Positions 33,350-44,239 of a DNA stretch of 64,000 nucleotides are shown piece by piece. The notes under the pieces were generated by a model, which was not told the origin of the DNA, did not search any database, and saw nothing but the letters and a program-made list of their open reading frames with translations. The position numbers and the translations under genes are program-made. The stretch comes from Myxococcota bacterium (lineage in GTDB: Bacteria; Myxococcota_A; SURF-8), in NCBI GenBank assembly GCA_965140415.1, contig OZ223209.1, positions 896,001 to 960,000 on the forward strand, written 5' to 3'. Within the stretch, counting starts at the first letter, position 1. Every line of letters starts with the position of its first letter.

Positions 33350-33664
33350 TCAATAATCGTCCGTGGTCAAAGCACGCATCTTGCCGTCTTGCTCGACGAC
33401 CAACATGCGCATGCGAAGCAGCAGAATTTCTTTTTCTCGATTCGTAACCGAGGAACGAAAACGCGGGTCTCTACTAATAGCTAGAATTGCATCGAGATCA
33501 CAAACCACATGAGTGGGTGAATAGCGGTATTTCTGTTTGAAAGATTCGATTGCCAATTCAATGGTTTCAACCGGATAACCCTTTTTGGTCCCCCAGTTTT
33601 CCGTATCCAGATTCAGATCGTGCAGGCGATTGGCATGGTCGATAAAAATGAGCTTGGCTTTCAT
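33350..33664 (-). CDS. Small hypothetical protein
   Basis: ORF fills the gap between co-oriented genes. AAAGG lies upstream of MKAKL. No recognisable motif. Confidence 0.55.
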   Translation of the reverse strand: MKAKLIFIDHANRLHDLNLDTENWGTKKGYPVETIELAIESFKQKYRYSPTHVVCDLDAILAISRDPRFRSSVTNREKEILLLRMRMLVVEQDGKMRALTTDDY

Positions 33665-33766
33665 GAGTGACCTTTCTTTGTACAACACCTGATTTTAGGT
33701 TTACAGATTGTACACGGTCTTGTCAATCTTATCCCGAAAACTGCTGCGTAGAAAACAAATAAACCG

Positions 33767-34783
33767 TTAGTCTCCGCCGCCACGTTCGCCATACCACTGT
33801 TTGTGGAAATTCTTATATTCCCCGGAAAGAATGCGCTGCCACCAGCCTTCATGGTCACGGTACCAGTCGATCAACTCCGGTAGGACGTCTTCGATAGTGA
33901 TTGTAGCTTGATAGCCCAACTCTCGCTCGGCTTTGGTCGAATCGATGGCGTAGCGCAGATCGTGTCCGGGTCGATCCTTGACGAAGGTAATCAGCTCATG
34001 TGATTGTCCGAGTCGATCGCAGATGTATTGCGCGATTTGCAGATTGGTACGCTCGCAGTTGCCGCCGAAATTGTAGGTTTCTCCCACTTTGCCTTCTAAT
34101 ACGATTTGTTCCAGGCCGCGGCAATGATCGGAAACGTGAACCCAGTCGCGCACGTTCTGTCCGTCGCCGTACAAGGGTAGCGGTTTGCCCTCCATGGTGC
34201 GCAGAATAAAGAGCGGAATGAATTTCTCCGGGAACTGATACGGGCCGTAATTGTTCGAACAGTGAGTGATAACCACAGGAAAATCAAAGGTTTTGAAGTA
34301 GCTGCGCGCTAACAGATCGCTGGCGGCTTTGCTGGCGGAATATGGGTTGTTGGGTGCATAGGGTGTTTGTTCGGTGAACATGCCTTCTGCTCCCAAGGAA
34401 CCGTAAACTTCATCTGTGGAAACATGCACGAATTTCTGGACACCTTCTTCACGGGCGGCATCGAAGAGCACCTGAGAACCGATTACGTTGGTGGTGATGA
34501 ATACCTGCGGTCCCAGAATGGAACGGTCTACGAAACTTTCCGCAGCGAAATGCACGACGACCTGGCAGCCTTTCATTGCCTCGTGTACCTGTTTGGCGTT
34601 GGTGATGTCGCCTTTAATAAAGCGATAACCGGGTTGGCCCTCGATATCGCTTAAGTTTTCCAGGTTGCCGGCATAGGTCAACGCATCCAGATTGACGAGT
34701 TCATCCTTGGGGTATTTCGAGCGCCAGTGATGGATGAAGTTACTGCCGATAAATCCGGCTCCGCCAGTGACCAGTAGTCGCAT
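33767..34783 (-). CDS. rfbB: dTDP-glucose 4,6-dehydratase
   Basis: LVTGGAGFIGSNF, DALTYAGN, HFAAES, STDEVYG, YSASK, NNYGPYQFPEK and DRPGHDLRY. Confidence 0.96.
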   Translation of the reverse strand: MRLLVTGGAGFIGSNFIHHWRSKYPKDELVNLDALTYAGNLENLSDIEGQPGYRFIKGDITNAKQVHEAMKGCQVVVHFAAESFVDRSILGPQVFITTNVIGSQVLFDAAREEGVQKFVHVSTDEVYGSLGAEGMFTEQTPYAPNNPYSASKAASDLLARSYFKTFDFPVVITHCSNNYGPYQFPEKFIPLFILRTMEGKPLPLYGDGQNVRDWVHVSDHCRGLEQIVLEGKVGETYNFGGNCERTNLQIAQYICDRLGQSHELITFVKDRPGHDLRYAIDSTKAERELGYQATITIEDVLPELIDWYRDHEGWWQRILSGEYKNFHKQWYGERGGGD

Positions 34784-34828
34784 GTCGTGATAATTCCTGA
34801 TTAATGGGTAATGGTTGTTCGATTGATG

Positions 34829-35629
34829 CTAAGCACCATTCTTTTTAACGACAGGTTTTAAAACGACTTTGCCGTTTTTCTCCACAACCTTGAAATCGAT
34901 ATCGTGATCTTTGTACGTTTTTCGCAGTTTTCCGACCTGCCGGTCCAGTTCGTTTTGCAGAGCTTGTTTGCTGACCACCCCGCTCGCTCCGGTTTGCCGT
35001 CTGGCCTGGTTGTATTCCTGATAGATGCGATCCACCGAGCCGGAGTTGAGACACCCCGACTTTTCCGGTGAAGGTGTTTGCGAAGTGGCTGTCGCAGATT
35101 TTTCCTCTACCGACGGTCCGGCTAGCGGGCGCTTGTGGGACAGGTTTTTCATGTCCTTTTCGTCAATGGTTGTTGCCCGGATATCCAGCCGCCGCGTTTT
35201 GTCCTTTTCCTGCGGTGCACCGATCAAATCTTCCCGCTTGTGTTCTGCATTCTCTTCTTTACTGGCGATCTTAGGTGGTTCCTTGCCGAAAAACGCTTTC
35301 GGCTTGTCCGGTTGATTGATCGCAGAGCGAAACATGCTGCGCTGAAAGCGGCCTTCCTCGATTTCACGCTGAATGCGCGTCCAGTACTGGTTGAGCGAGA
35401 CGAAGCGTCCCACCAGCGACTGAAAACGGAAACGCACCGCCGGGTTTTTAATGTGCATTTCATGCAGTTTCGCAATGATCTGTCGGATTCGGATCTTTTT
35501 ATCGGATGGGTCGATGTGATCCAGCCCGGCGAAATAGACATCGTAAGCATGCTTGATTTTTTCGATACGGTCTTCCAGTTCTGCAACTTCTCTTAGACCG
35601 ACACTTGATCTCGGATCGCTTTTAAGCAT
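34829..35629 (-). CDS. Conserved hypothetical protein resembling the MXAN_5187 C-terminal-domain family
   Basis: YDVYFAG...RFRFQSLVGRF...W..IQREIEEG at the N-terminus and IYQEYNQAR...FKVVEKNGKVVLK at the C-terminus. Family recognised from memory. Confidence 0.7.
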   Translation of the reverse strand: MLKSDPRSSVGLREVAELEDRIEKIKHAYDVYFAGLDHIDPSDKKIRIRQIIAKLHEMHIKNPAVRFRFQSLVGRFVSLNQYWTRIQREIEEGRFQRSMFRSAINQPDKPKAFFGKEPPKIASKEENAEHKREDLIGAPQEKDKTRRLDIRATTIDEKDMKNLSHKRPLAGPSVEEKSATATSQTPSPEKSGCLNSGSVDRIYQEYNQARRQTGASGVVSKQALQNELDRQVGKLRKTYKDHDIDFKVVEKNGKVVLKPVVKKNGA

Positions 35630-35683
35630 GGATTTGAACCTCTTCTTGCCAGCTCGGTACAGATGAGATAATGTACCAAAGCC

Positions 35684-36907
35684 GTGCGAATTCTACAAGT
35701 AATTGGGAGTACGCCAATAATGAAAGCAACGAACAAGTTACTGCAAGTCGTAATTATACTACTGATTTCGATGTGTTATTCTCCTATATCAGCTCTTGCT
35801 GCGAGTTCTCTCGGAGAGGGGGCCAATTCGGAAGTCAAGCAGGATACACCCGGAACCGATTCGGACCGGGAGATGTATTACCAGGCTGTGAGCCTGGCGC
35901 GCAAGGATCAATATGAAGCGGCCAAGCGATTGCTTGAGCAATTGATCGAGCTGCACCCCGCGGGAAAATTCGCCGATGATGCCATGTACGAGTTGGCGCG
36001 CATCACCGACGAAGAACAGTCGCAGTTTTCGCAGGCAGTCGCTTTGTACAAGAAATTCCTTGAGAATTATCCCAGTAGTCGGTTGATGCGGCGCGTTCAG
36101 AATCGCGTAACCTATCTGGAAAAGGGATTGGCGACCGGCGAGGAGGCTTTCCGTGAATTCGAGCAGGTACGCCTGAAATTATCACTAAAATCGGCGGATG
36201 AAGGTGTGAGGCGCTTGGAAGCCTTATTACAAAAGCATCCCGATTTCAGCCTGCGCCTCAATGCCATGAGATGGATTGCCAATGCCCATCGGCGAAACAA
36301 CCATTTCAAAGAGGCGATTGTCGTTTTCGAGCGCATTGCCAAGGAATTCGAAGGCAGCGACGACGCCCGCCGCGCACTTGTCGGTGCCGGGGAATGCTGG
36401 ATGGAATTGGGGCAAGGAGAAAAGGCTTGGAATATTTTTCATCAGCTTTATGAATCTGAAGGTTATGGCGGTGATATCGCTCGTAATTATATGGACAAGT
36501 TGAGCAGCACCAAAGCCAAGGTGACCTTGTTCTATCTTTCGTTAGCTGTGCTTATCCTGGCAGTATTACTTGGGATATTCGCCATCAGCGTTCTACGTCC
36601 TCCCTCCAGTGCGTTCGTTCCGACGATCGAAGTCTGGATGGTTGCTACCATGTTCGGGGCCATTTTCGCCGCGACATGGTCGCGTCCCGATTTTTCCTCT
36701 GCCATCGCATGGAAAACCGGATTGGCAGTCAGTCTGGTTCTGTATTTCAATGGGATTCTTGCACCGCTGTTGCGTCGGAAACCGCTATTCCGCTGGTTGT
36801 ACCTGCTGCTGCTTATACTCGTTGGTGTCAGTGCGGCCTATGCAATTATTTTCTCGCTGGAACTGGTCGACCAGGTTCTCTATGATGCGGGTGAATGGTT
36901 AGGTTGA
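35684..36907 (+). CDS. Exported TPR-repeat protein with C-terminal transmembrane helices
   Basis: N-terminal hydrophobic signal, BamD/YbgF-like TPR motifs (YKKFLENYPSS) and about five C-terminal hydrophobic segments. The start may be the ATG at 35720. Confidence 0.8.
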   Translation: MRILQVIGSTPIMKATNKLLQVVIILLISMCYSPISALAASSLGEGANSEVKQDTPGTDSDREMYYQAVSLARKDQYEAAKRLLEQLIELHPAGKFADDAMYELARITDEEQSQFSQAVALYKKFLENYPSSRLMRRVQNRVTYLEKGLATGEEAFREFEQVRLKLSLKSADEGVRRLEALLQKHPDFSLRLNAMRWIANAHRRNNHFKEAIVVFERIAKEFEGSDDARRALVGAGECWMELGQGEKAWNIFHQLYESEGYGGDIARNYMDKLSSTKAKVTLFYLSLAVLILAVLLGIFAISVLRPPSSAFVPTIEVWMVATMFGAIFAATWSRPDFSSAIAWKTGLAVSLVLYFNGILAPLLRRKPLFRWLYLLLLILVGVSAAYAIIFSLELVDQVLYDAGEWLG

Positions 36908-37133
36908 CTGACAGTCATGTCAGCCTTCACAAAGGTTGCTCATTTGGCGCTCCGGCAATTTTGCTTGCCTTTAACCAGCGTCAACGGTACATTGATATCG
37001 CGGGAGGCGTGTGTTCGGCATACGTCGATCCTGGAAAAATGAATCGAAATTTCGAAATAATATCAAGGCCATGATGTAGAATGACGTCTGAAGCCACTGC
37101 TGGTGTTCACACGCGAAGCGAAGAGGGATAGCC

Positions 37134-40100
37134 ATGAATGATGGCGAGTTCAGAAGCAATGATGGAATCGAAATCGAAGACATGGACGAAATGGAATTGT
37201 TCGAAGCGTCCTCGCCGGAGCAGGGAGGCTTGGCCGACGGTACGGAGACTCCGATAGACGAAGACGCTTCGGAGGCTGTCGAGGAAGACCTCGCCGAAGA
37301 AAGCCAGGCCGAAGCTGGGGAAGTATCGGAAATAGAGGATACTTCCGAATCGATTCCGGAATCCGTGGAGCAAGAGCCTGCTGATGAACTGGAGGACGAA
37401 CCGATTCGTGAAGAACGCGGTGACGATACGGCATCTGTTGAAGCTGCAAGTGAAGAGGCTGATTCTCTAGAAGCGCTGGCAGAGGAGCCGGAAGCTTCTG
37501 CCGATTCCGATGCGGATGAGAATTCACTGCAAGCCGAAGATTCACAACAGGCCGAAGATCAACCGGAAACGGATACTGCCGAGGGTTCTGATGTAGCTGA
37601 TGCAGATGAAGAGGCGCAGTCAGACGAAGCCCCGGAGGAAGTCTCCGAGCGTCAACGCCAGGAATGGCAACGATTGTTGACGATTCTCGAACGCGAACTG
37701 GGTGTGACTACCGATCCTTTGCGCATGGCGGAATTGCATTTCGCCGTTGGTGAAATTCTGGAATTGCAGTTTGGGGAAACCGAACGCGCCGTATTGAATT
37801 ACCAGCAGGCTTATGCCGCCAATCCCTCGCATCAACCTACGTTAAAGGCTGCAACACGACTGTTTAAGGAGTTCGGGCGCTGGGAAATGGTGATCGAACT
37901 GCTTGAGGCGCAGGAAAACAGCACGCTGACTCAAAGCGAAAAACTGGATCTGCTGATCGAAAAAGCGCAAGTCTACGCGACCCGGCTGGAACAGCCCGAA
38001 GTAGCGGCCACACATTTGGAGCGGGTATTGGATATCGACCCGCGCAACGAAACGGCCTTTAAATTACTGGAGAAAATCTATTCGATCGGAGGCGAGAAAA
38101 ACCTGCTGATCGAATTTTACAAGCGCTACATCTACGATCCGAATTTTGCCGAATTGCATGTGTCGCTGATGCAGAATCTGGCCCAAATTCAGAGCGAAGA
38201 GGACCATCAGCAAATCGATGCGGTGGAGACCTATCACAAGATCATCGAGTTGGATACGCACAACCTGTTGGCGATCAGCGCGTTGAAGCGCTTGCTGGTG
38301 AAGCAGGAAAACTGGGATGAACTGGCGAAGTTGTACGAACAGGAAGAAGTTGTCACCGAGGAGCCGCAGCGGCAGGCGCTACTGAAGTATCTGCGCGCCC
38401 GGTTACTATCCGATCGCCTCGGACGTACAGAGCAGGCCATCGAATTGTTGCAGCAGGCTTTGGAAATCGATCCGACGAACATCCTGTTACTGGATGAACT
38501 GGAGGCGATTTACGAAGCGGCGCACGAATGGCAGCAACTGGTCGGCGTTCACGAGCGACAGTTCGAGCTGGCGGACGAAGAAGGCAAGCGAGTGGATATT
38601 GCCTTTAAGCTGGGGGCGCTGTTGCAGGAGAGGTTGCAGCAGTATTCCGAGGCGGCCATCTGGTATGAAAAAGCGTTAGAGGCCAAATCCGACTATCTGC
38701 CGGCGTTGCATGTGCTCGGCAAGATTTATTCGCGAGCCGGTGAATTTGAAAAGCTGCTGGAAATCTATCGGCGTGAACTGGCGCTCGTGGAAGATGCCCG
38801 GCTTAAAGCAGATAAGTACTTTACGATTGCAGAGCATGCTCAGCAGAACCTGAGCGATTTCGATCTGGCAATCGATTCCTACAGGCACGTATTGGAATTG
38901 CTGCCCGGCTATCTGCCAGCGATCAAGGCGCTATCGGAGTTGTTTTCGTATCTCGGTCGCTTACGGGATTTGATCGAGATGAACGAGTTACAGGTCGAAC
39001 ACAACCCGAATCTGAGCGGGGAGCAGTTTGTCTACCTGCTGGAAAAGAACGCCAGTTTGTGGGAACTGGAAGGCGAACTGGATCATGCGGTAGATTGCCA
39101 TCGCCGGATTCTGCAACGCCGCCCGGAGTATCTGCCTTCGATACAGGCGCTGGGGCGCATCTGCCATAAAGCCGGTATGTGGGAAGATCTGCTCGAAATC
39201 AATCGGCAGGAAGTGGACCTGATCAACGATCAGCACCGGATTGTTTCGTTGCTGTATAAGAGCGGTGAAGTCTGCGAATACCAGTTGGAAGATACCGAGC
39301 GCGCCGTCGGTTATTACCGGCGGGTGCTGACGTTGTCGCCTTCGTATCTGCCTGCCGTAAAGGCTTTGGGTGCGGTTTACCACAAGCAACAACGCTGGGA
39401 AGATCTGATCAAGATGTATCACCGTGAACTGGAAACGGTGAAAGAGGGCGAGCAGGCGGTAAGTATTCGTTTCAAAGTGGCTCAGATCTACGACGAACGC
39501 CTGGATGATTACCGCAAAGCGGAAATGAACTACCGCAAGATTCTACAGGAAAACCCGGATTTTACTCCGGCGTTGCACGCCTTGACCAAACTGTTCCAGC
39601 GCGAAGGAAATTCGGCGGCGTTGATTGAAATTCTGGAAGGCCAGATCAAGGCCAGTCAGGACCCGGCAGGAAAACTGCTCTCCCTGTACAAAATTGCCGA
39701 ACTGTATGAGTCGCGGCTACACGACATGGAAAATGCGGAGAGCGCATATCTCCGCATTCTGGAACTGGACCCGGATAATCTGGCGGCTTCGCGCGGGTTG
39801 TTCCGGATCTATGCCCAGATCAATGACAAGCCGAAGCAACTCAGCTTGACGCTAAAGGATCTGGAACGCGAACAGGATGTCGCCAAGCGGCTGCCGTTGC
39901 TTGTCACCGCTGCGGACATCTGCAACGAACTGGATGACAAGGGCGATGAAGCCGTTCGCCTCTATCGCGAAATTCTGGATCTTGAACCGGGCAACGAAGT
40001 TGCATTCCAGCAATTGGAGCGCCTGTTCCGTCACAGCCGTTCGTTCGGCGAGTTATGTGATTTGTACGAGGCGCGCCTGTTGCGGACGGAAGAGGATAAG

Positions 40101-42611
40101 AAGCGGTTGTCGCTGTTATGGATGACCATCGACCTGCTGGAAAATCATCTGGACGACTTCGAGCGCCTGTTGGCTTGTTACACCGAAGTGTTGCGCATCG
40201 ATTCCTATAACGCACGGGCGCTGGAGTTCTTTGAAGATGTGTACATCCACGAAAGACAGTGGGAAGATTTGCTGGAGATCTACGAACGCATGCGGCAATT
40301 GACCGAAGATCGGGAACAGTTGTTGCACATCAATGTTGCCAGCGGTCAACTGCTTGAACTGGAACTGGGACGCAACGAGCAGGCGGCGCGGCGCTATGAA
40401 AGCGCATTGGCGCTGGCTCCGCATCAGTTCGCCGCCGTACAGGGTGCCAAGCGCGTGTATGCCAAACTGGAGCGCTGGTCGGATCTGATGGGCTTATTGG
40501 AGGACGAACTTGAAGTTGCAAGCTCTTCGATTGCCTACATTGCCATTGCTTACCAGCTTGCTTATATTAAGGAAACGAAATTCGGTCAACGTCCCCAGGC
40601 TGCCAAGCTATACGGAAAGATCCTGGAATTGGACCCAGGGCACAAAGATGCCTTCGTGCGCGCCCGTAAATTGCTGACCGAAGCGCAAGACTATCAGAAG
40701 CTGATCGAAATCGGCGAGCGCCGACTCTCTACAATCAGCAAAAATCAGGAAGAGCAGGAAGAGCTACACTCCTGGATTGCAAAGCTGGCCGAAGAAGGTT
40801 TGTCTGATATCGAACGCGCCATTGCTCATCGTAAGCGATTGGTCGAGTACAACCCGCAAGACAATTCACAAATGAAATTGCTGGCGGATCTGTATGTTAA
40901 GAGTTCTGAGTGGAACGAAGCCATCGAGTTGTATGAAACGATCGCTCCGCGTATCGACAATGCCGACGAACTGCGCGAGTTGTACTATACGATGGGAAGA
41001 ATCTACCAGGAGGAATTGCAGAATAACTCGCGTGCGGTTAGTGCCTTTGAAACCATTTTCTCCTATGAGCCTGATGACATGCAGGCCATGGAGCGGCTGG
41101 GCGAGTTGTACATGATGATGGGTCTGGCGGAAGAGTCCAGCGAAATGCTGCAAAAGCTGCTGTCTCACGATCTGCCGCGCGAAAAGGAAATCCGCTACAA
41201 CCTGATGGTTGGTGAAATCAATCTGTCCCAGCTTAACGACGAAGACGAGGCTATTGCCTACTTCGAGCGTGCCATGGCGTTGGACCCGAGCAACCGCAAA
41301 GTCATCGATACGTTAAGCAGCATTTTCGAGAAACGCGGCAAATGGGATCAACTGGTCAGTATCTACGAGCGCAACATCGAAGAAGCGGCTGAAGGCCAAA
41401 CTGGCAAGCGTGTCGAGTTGCTGATGGGGTTGGCCCAGCTTGAAATGGAAAAAATCGGTGATGTGGAAAAAGCGCTGGAACGACTGAAAGCCGCGCGGGA
41501 ACTGGACGAGTATAACCTGGAAATTCAGGCCATGCAGGCCGAAGCCATGGGAATGAACGCGCTCTACTACCTCGAAGCCATCGACACGCATCGTCACCTG
41601 CTGGCGCAAAATCCTTTCCGTGTGGAAAGCTACCAGGAAATGTTCCGCATCTTTACCGAGCGTAAAGAACTGGATAAAGCCTTCTGCTGCCTGATCGCGT
41701 TGGATTTCCTTAAGGCGCTCGACGAGGAACAGGCAGCGTTGTATCGCCAGCAACGGGAGAGCGTGACCGGAGGAATCGCCGCGACGATTCCGGAAAAGGC
41801 GCAGAAGCAACTGCTGGTACATCCGCGTGAGAAGGGGAGTCTGCGCGATATTTTCCACCATCTGGAAACGGCGCTGTACAAACTGGAACCGGTGAATCTG
41901 GAGCCTTACGATCTGCCGAACTGCAAGGTAGCCGGGGTGAATTCCTCTATTTACCACCTCATGGAAAACGCCGCCTACCATCTGGGTGTGGATCTGTTCA
42001 AAGTGTATATTTCGCAGAAACAGCCGGATATCCTGGCCGTGGAAAACACAAAGCCGCCAACGGTTATCGTCGGTGGCAACCTGGCTTTTGCCACGGAAGG
42101 TGTGAAGCGTTTCCTTTCCGGCATTATCATGAGCCGCATTTCAAACGACCACGTACAGTTTGCGGATCTGGACCCGGCCCAGCTTCGTTATTGGGCGGAA
42201 GTGGTGGCGCACATGTACATACCGGAAGTCATGGTGCGTGATGCGGATGCCGAGCAGGTCGAGGATCTGGTCAAGCGGCTCAATCGCGTCATTTCCAAAC
42301 CGGCGCGCAAAGAACTGGAACTGGCTGCCCAGAACTATTACAAACAGGAACCCAAACCGGATTTCAAGAAGTTCCGCGACAGCATGCATCACACCGACAA
42401 CCGCATGGGGCTGCTGCTGGCGGGCGATATGATGGCGGCGGCGGAATGCCTGATTTTCCTTGAAACCGGCGAACCGTATCGCAACGGTGGCACGACCACG
42501 GACATCGTGGAGCGTTTCCGCTCCCACGAGCAGATCAAGGAATTGCTGGTATTTCTCGTCAGCGAAGATCTGTTCGAACTGCGCAAGCTGGTGCGCATGA
42601 ATGTCGAATAG
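37134..42611 (+). CDS. Large TPR-repeat protein (1825 aa) with a hyperacidic N-terminus, of the myxobacterial AgmK-like type
   Basis: Dozens of helical repeats (A..Y..ILELDP.N..A...L..LY...W..L). First ~160 aa are Asp/Glu-rich. RBS GAGGG. Confidence 0.85.
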   Translation: MNDGEFRSNDGIEIEDMDEMELFEASSPEQGGLADGTETPIDEDASEAVEEDLAEESQAEAGEVSEIEDTSESIPESVEQEPADELEDEPIREERGDDTASVEAASEEADSLEALAEEPEASADSDADENSLQAEDSQQAEDQPETDTAEGSDVADADEEAQSDEAPEEVSERQRQEWQRLLTILERELGVTTDPLRMAELHFAVGEILELQFGETERAVLNYQQAYAANPSHQPTLKAATRLFKEFGRWEMVIELLEAQENSTLTQSEKLDLLIEKAQVYATRLEQPEVAATHLERVLDIDPRNETAFKLLEKIYSIGGEKNLLIEFYKRYIYDPNFAELHVSLMQNLAQIQSEEDHQQIDAVETYHKIIELDTHNLLAISALKRLLVKQENWDELAKLYEQEEVVTEEPQRQALLKYLRARLLSDRLGRTEQAIELLQQALEIDPTNILLLDELEAIYEAAHEWQQLVGVHERQFELADEEGKRVDIAFKLGALLQERLQQYSEAAIWYEKALEAKSDYLPALHVLGKIYSRAGEFEKLLEIYRRELALVEDARLKADKYFTIAEHAQQNLSDFDLAIDSYRHVLELLPGYLPAIKALSELFSYLGRLRDLIEMNELQVEHNPNLSGEQFVYLLEKNASLWELEGELDHAVDCHRRILQRRPEYLPSIQALGRICHKAGMWEDLLEINRQEVDLINDQHRIVSLLYKSGEVCEYQLEDTERAVGYYRRVLTLSPSYLPAVKALGAVYHKQQRWEDLIKMYHRELETVKEGEQAVSIRFKVAQIYDERLDDYRKAEMNYRKILQENPDFTPALHALTKLFQREGNSAALIEILEGQIKASQDPAGKLLSLYKIAELYESRLHDMENAESAYLRILELDPDNLAASRGLFRIYAQINDKPKQLSLTLKDLEREQDVAKRLPLLVTAADICNELDDKGDEAVRLYREILDLEPGNEVAFQQLERLFRHSRSFGELCDLYEARLLRTEEDKKRLSLLWMTIDLLENHLDDFERLLACYTEVLRIDSYNARALEFFEDVYIHERQWEDLLEIYERMRQLTEDREQLLHINVASGQLLELELGRNEQAARRYESALALAPHQFAAVQGAKRVYAKLERWSDLMGLLEDELEVASSSIAYIAIAYQLAYIKETKFGQRPQAAKLYGKILELDPGHKDAFVRARKLLTEAQDYQKLIEIGERRLSTISKNQEEQEELHSWIAKLAEEGLSDIERAIAHRKRLVEYNPQDNSQMKLLADLYVKSSEWNEAIELYETIAPRIDNADELRELYYTMGRIYQEELQNNSRAVSAFETIFSYEPDDMQAMERLGELYMMMGLAEESSEMLQKLLSHDLPREKEIRYNLMVGEINLSQLNDEDEAIAYFERAMALDPSNRKVIDTLSSIFEKRGKWDQLVSIYERNIEEAAEGQTGKRVELLMGLAQLEMEKIGDVEKALERLKAARELDEYNLEIQAMQAEAMGMNALYYLEAIDTHRHLLAQNPFRVESYQEMFRIFTERKELDKAFCCLIALDFLKALDEEQAALYRQQRESVTGGIAATIPEKAQKQLLVHPREKGSLRDIFHHLETALYKLEPVNLEPYDLPNCKVAGVNSSIYHLMENAAYHLGVDLFKVYISQKQPDILAVENTKPPTVIVGGNLAFATEGVKRFLSGIIMSRISNDHVQFADLDPAQLRYWAEVVAHMYIPEVMVRDADAEQVEDLVKRLNRVISKPARKELELAAQNYYKQEPKPDFKKFRDSMHHTDNRMGLLLAGDMMAAAECLIFLETGEPYRNGGTTTDIVERFRSHEQIKELLVFLVSEDLFELRKLVRMNVE

Positions 42612-42699
42612 AGCCTGTTGTAAGCGACTTTCAGAGTTAGGCGTCGAGTCTATCGTACGCAACACATAGACAGCGAAAAGCACCAGGAGGGAAAAGGCC

Positions 42700-43491
42700 A
42701 TGGATCTTGGAATCGCCGGAAAAGTGGCTGTCGTGACTGCCGCCAGCAAAGGGCTGGGGTATGCTGTAGCCCAGCGCCTATGCGAAGAAGGTGCGCGTGT
42801 GGCCATCTGCGCACGAAACGCCGAAGCCCTGGAGCAGGCTCATGCCCAGTTGCAGCAATGCGGCGGACAACCCGTTTTCGCGCAAACCTGCGATGTCTCC
42901 GATCGCCAACAGATTCAATCGTTTTTTGCCGCCCTCAAACAAGAGCTTGGAGAAGCGGACATTCTGGTCTGTAACGCCGGAGGACCGCCTCCAGGCACGT
43001 TTGAAAGCGTTAACGAAGGACAGTGGCAGGACGCCTTCGATCTGAACCTGATGAGCGCGGTTCACCTGATTCACCAGGCGCTGCCGGCCATGAAAAAAAG
43101 ACAGTGGGGGCGCATTCTGCTGATGGTGTCGATTTCGGCCAAGCAACCATTGGCCAATCTGCTGCTAAGCAACGCCATCCGCGCCGGTGTCATCGGTATG
43201 GCCAAAACGCTGGCCGACGAAGTGGCTTCCTACGGCGTGCTGGTGAACAGCCTGTGTCCCGGCTTTATCGAAACCGGGCGCATGAAGCAGGTAATCGAGT
43301 CGCAGGCGCAGGCCAACGGCGTGGATTACGAACGGCAACTGGCCAAGGTAAGTCAGAGTATTCCACTAGGTAGGCTGGGGCAGCCGGAGGAGTTTGCGGA
43401 CTTTGCCGCCTATCTCGTCAGCGAGCGGGCTTCGTTTGTGACCGGTGGCACGTTTTTGGCCGATGGCGGTATGTTCCGAGGCTTGATGTAA
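42700..43491 (+). CDS. Short-chain dehydrogenase/reductase (FabG-like SDR)
   Basis: VVTAASKGLG, NAGGPPPG, SNAIRAG, VNSLCPG, IPLGRLGQPEEFA and DGG. Confidence 0.92.
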   Translation: MDLGIAGKVAVVTAASKGLGYAVAQRLCEEGARVAICARNAEALEQAHAQLQQCGGQPVFAQTCDVSDRQQIQSFFAALKQELGEADILVCNAGGPPPGTFESVNEGQWQDAFDLNLMSAVHLIHQALPAMKKRQWGRILLMVSISAKQPLANLLLSNAIRAGVIGMAKTLADEVASYGVLVNSLCPGFIETGRMKQVIESQAQANGVDYERQLAKVSQSIPLGRLGQPEEFADFAAYLVSERASFVTGGTFLADGGMFRGLM

Positions 43492-43543
43492 ACGCTTGTT
43501 ACATTCTTATTCAGTGGATTTACTATAGTCAATCGGAGGAGTT

Positions 43544-44239
43544 ATGAGGGCTCGATGGAGTTTCAGGATCGCAGCGATTATTAGCACACTGCTTGCTGTT
43601 TTATGGATTTCCGCCTGTAGCGACAATGCGAAATCGGGCGGCGGCGCATCCTCGTCAGGTACGGTAAGCAAAACTATCGACGGTGTTTCCTACCAACTCG
43701 CTTCGATTTACGAACAGGATTTCAGCAGCGGCAAACTCGGCCCGGAATGGAAGATCGAAGGCGGTGACTGGCGGGTGGAAAACGGTACCTTGCAGTCGAA
43801 TCAGGCGTTTAACAAAGATTTGCTGCTGGTGAAGAACATGCCGCAAAACGCCGTAATCGAAGTGTCCATGATCTCCCATTCGCCACAGGTAGACATCAAA
43901 TTTCGCGCCTGGGGCCATCGAGACGGCAACCCGCACGACAACGGGGCCTACCACTTCATTCTGGGCGGCTGGAACAACAGCCTGTCCACCCTGGCGCCTT
44001 TCGGCGAACATGACAAGCGGCGCATCGTCAAACGTGGCAAATTGAAGCAGGATACCTGGTACAAGGCTACGGTGGTGCGTAACAAAGGCGTGATCACTCT
44101 CTATTTAGACGGCAAGCCCTTTATGCGATATGATGACGTCGATCCCCTGGATGCGGCGACGTTTTCCTATTTCAGTTTCGGAAACTGGAAGAGTGTGTGC
44201 GAATTCGACAACCTGAAAATATATAAAATCGTGAACTAA
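43544..44239 (+). CDS. Lipoprotein with a concanavalin-A/DUF1080-like beta-sandwich
   Basis: Lipobox ISAC, GDWRVENG, FILGGWNN, WYKATVVR...LYLDG and FDNLKIY. RBS GGAGGAG. Confidence 0.75.
   Translation: MRARWSFRIAAIISTLLAVLWISACSDNAKSGGGASSSGTVSKTIDGVSYQLASIYEQDFSSGKLGPEWKIEGGDWRVENGTLQSNQAFNKDLLLVKNMPQNAVIEVSMISHSPQVDIKFRAWGHRDGNPHDNGAYHFILGGWNNSLSTLAPFGEHDKRRIVKRGKLKQDTWYKATVVRNKGVITLYLDGKPFMRYDDVDPLDAATFSYFSFGNWKSVCEFDNLKIYKIVN

Noticed and set aside
33350-33664. Resemblance of the small ORF to a phage capsid fragment
   Set aside because: The likeness is a vague short pattern only, and no phage genes are nearby.
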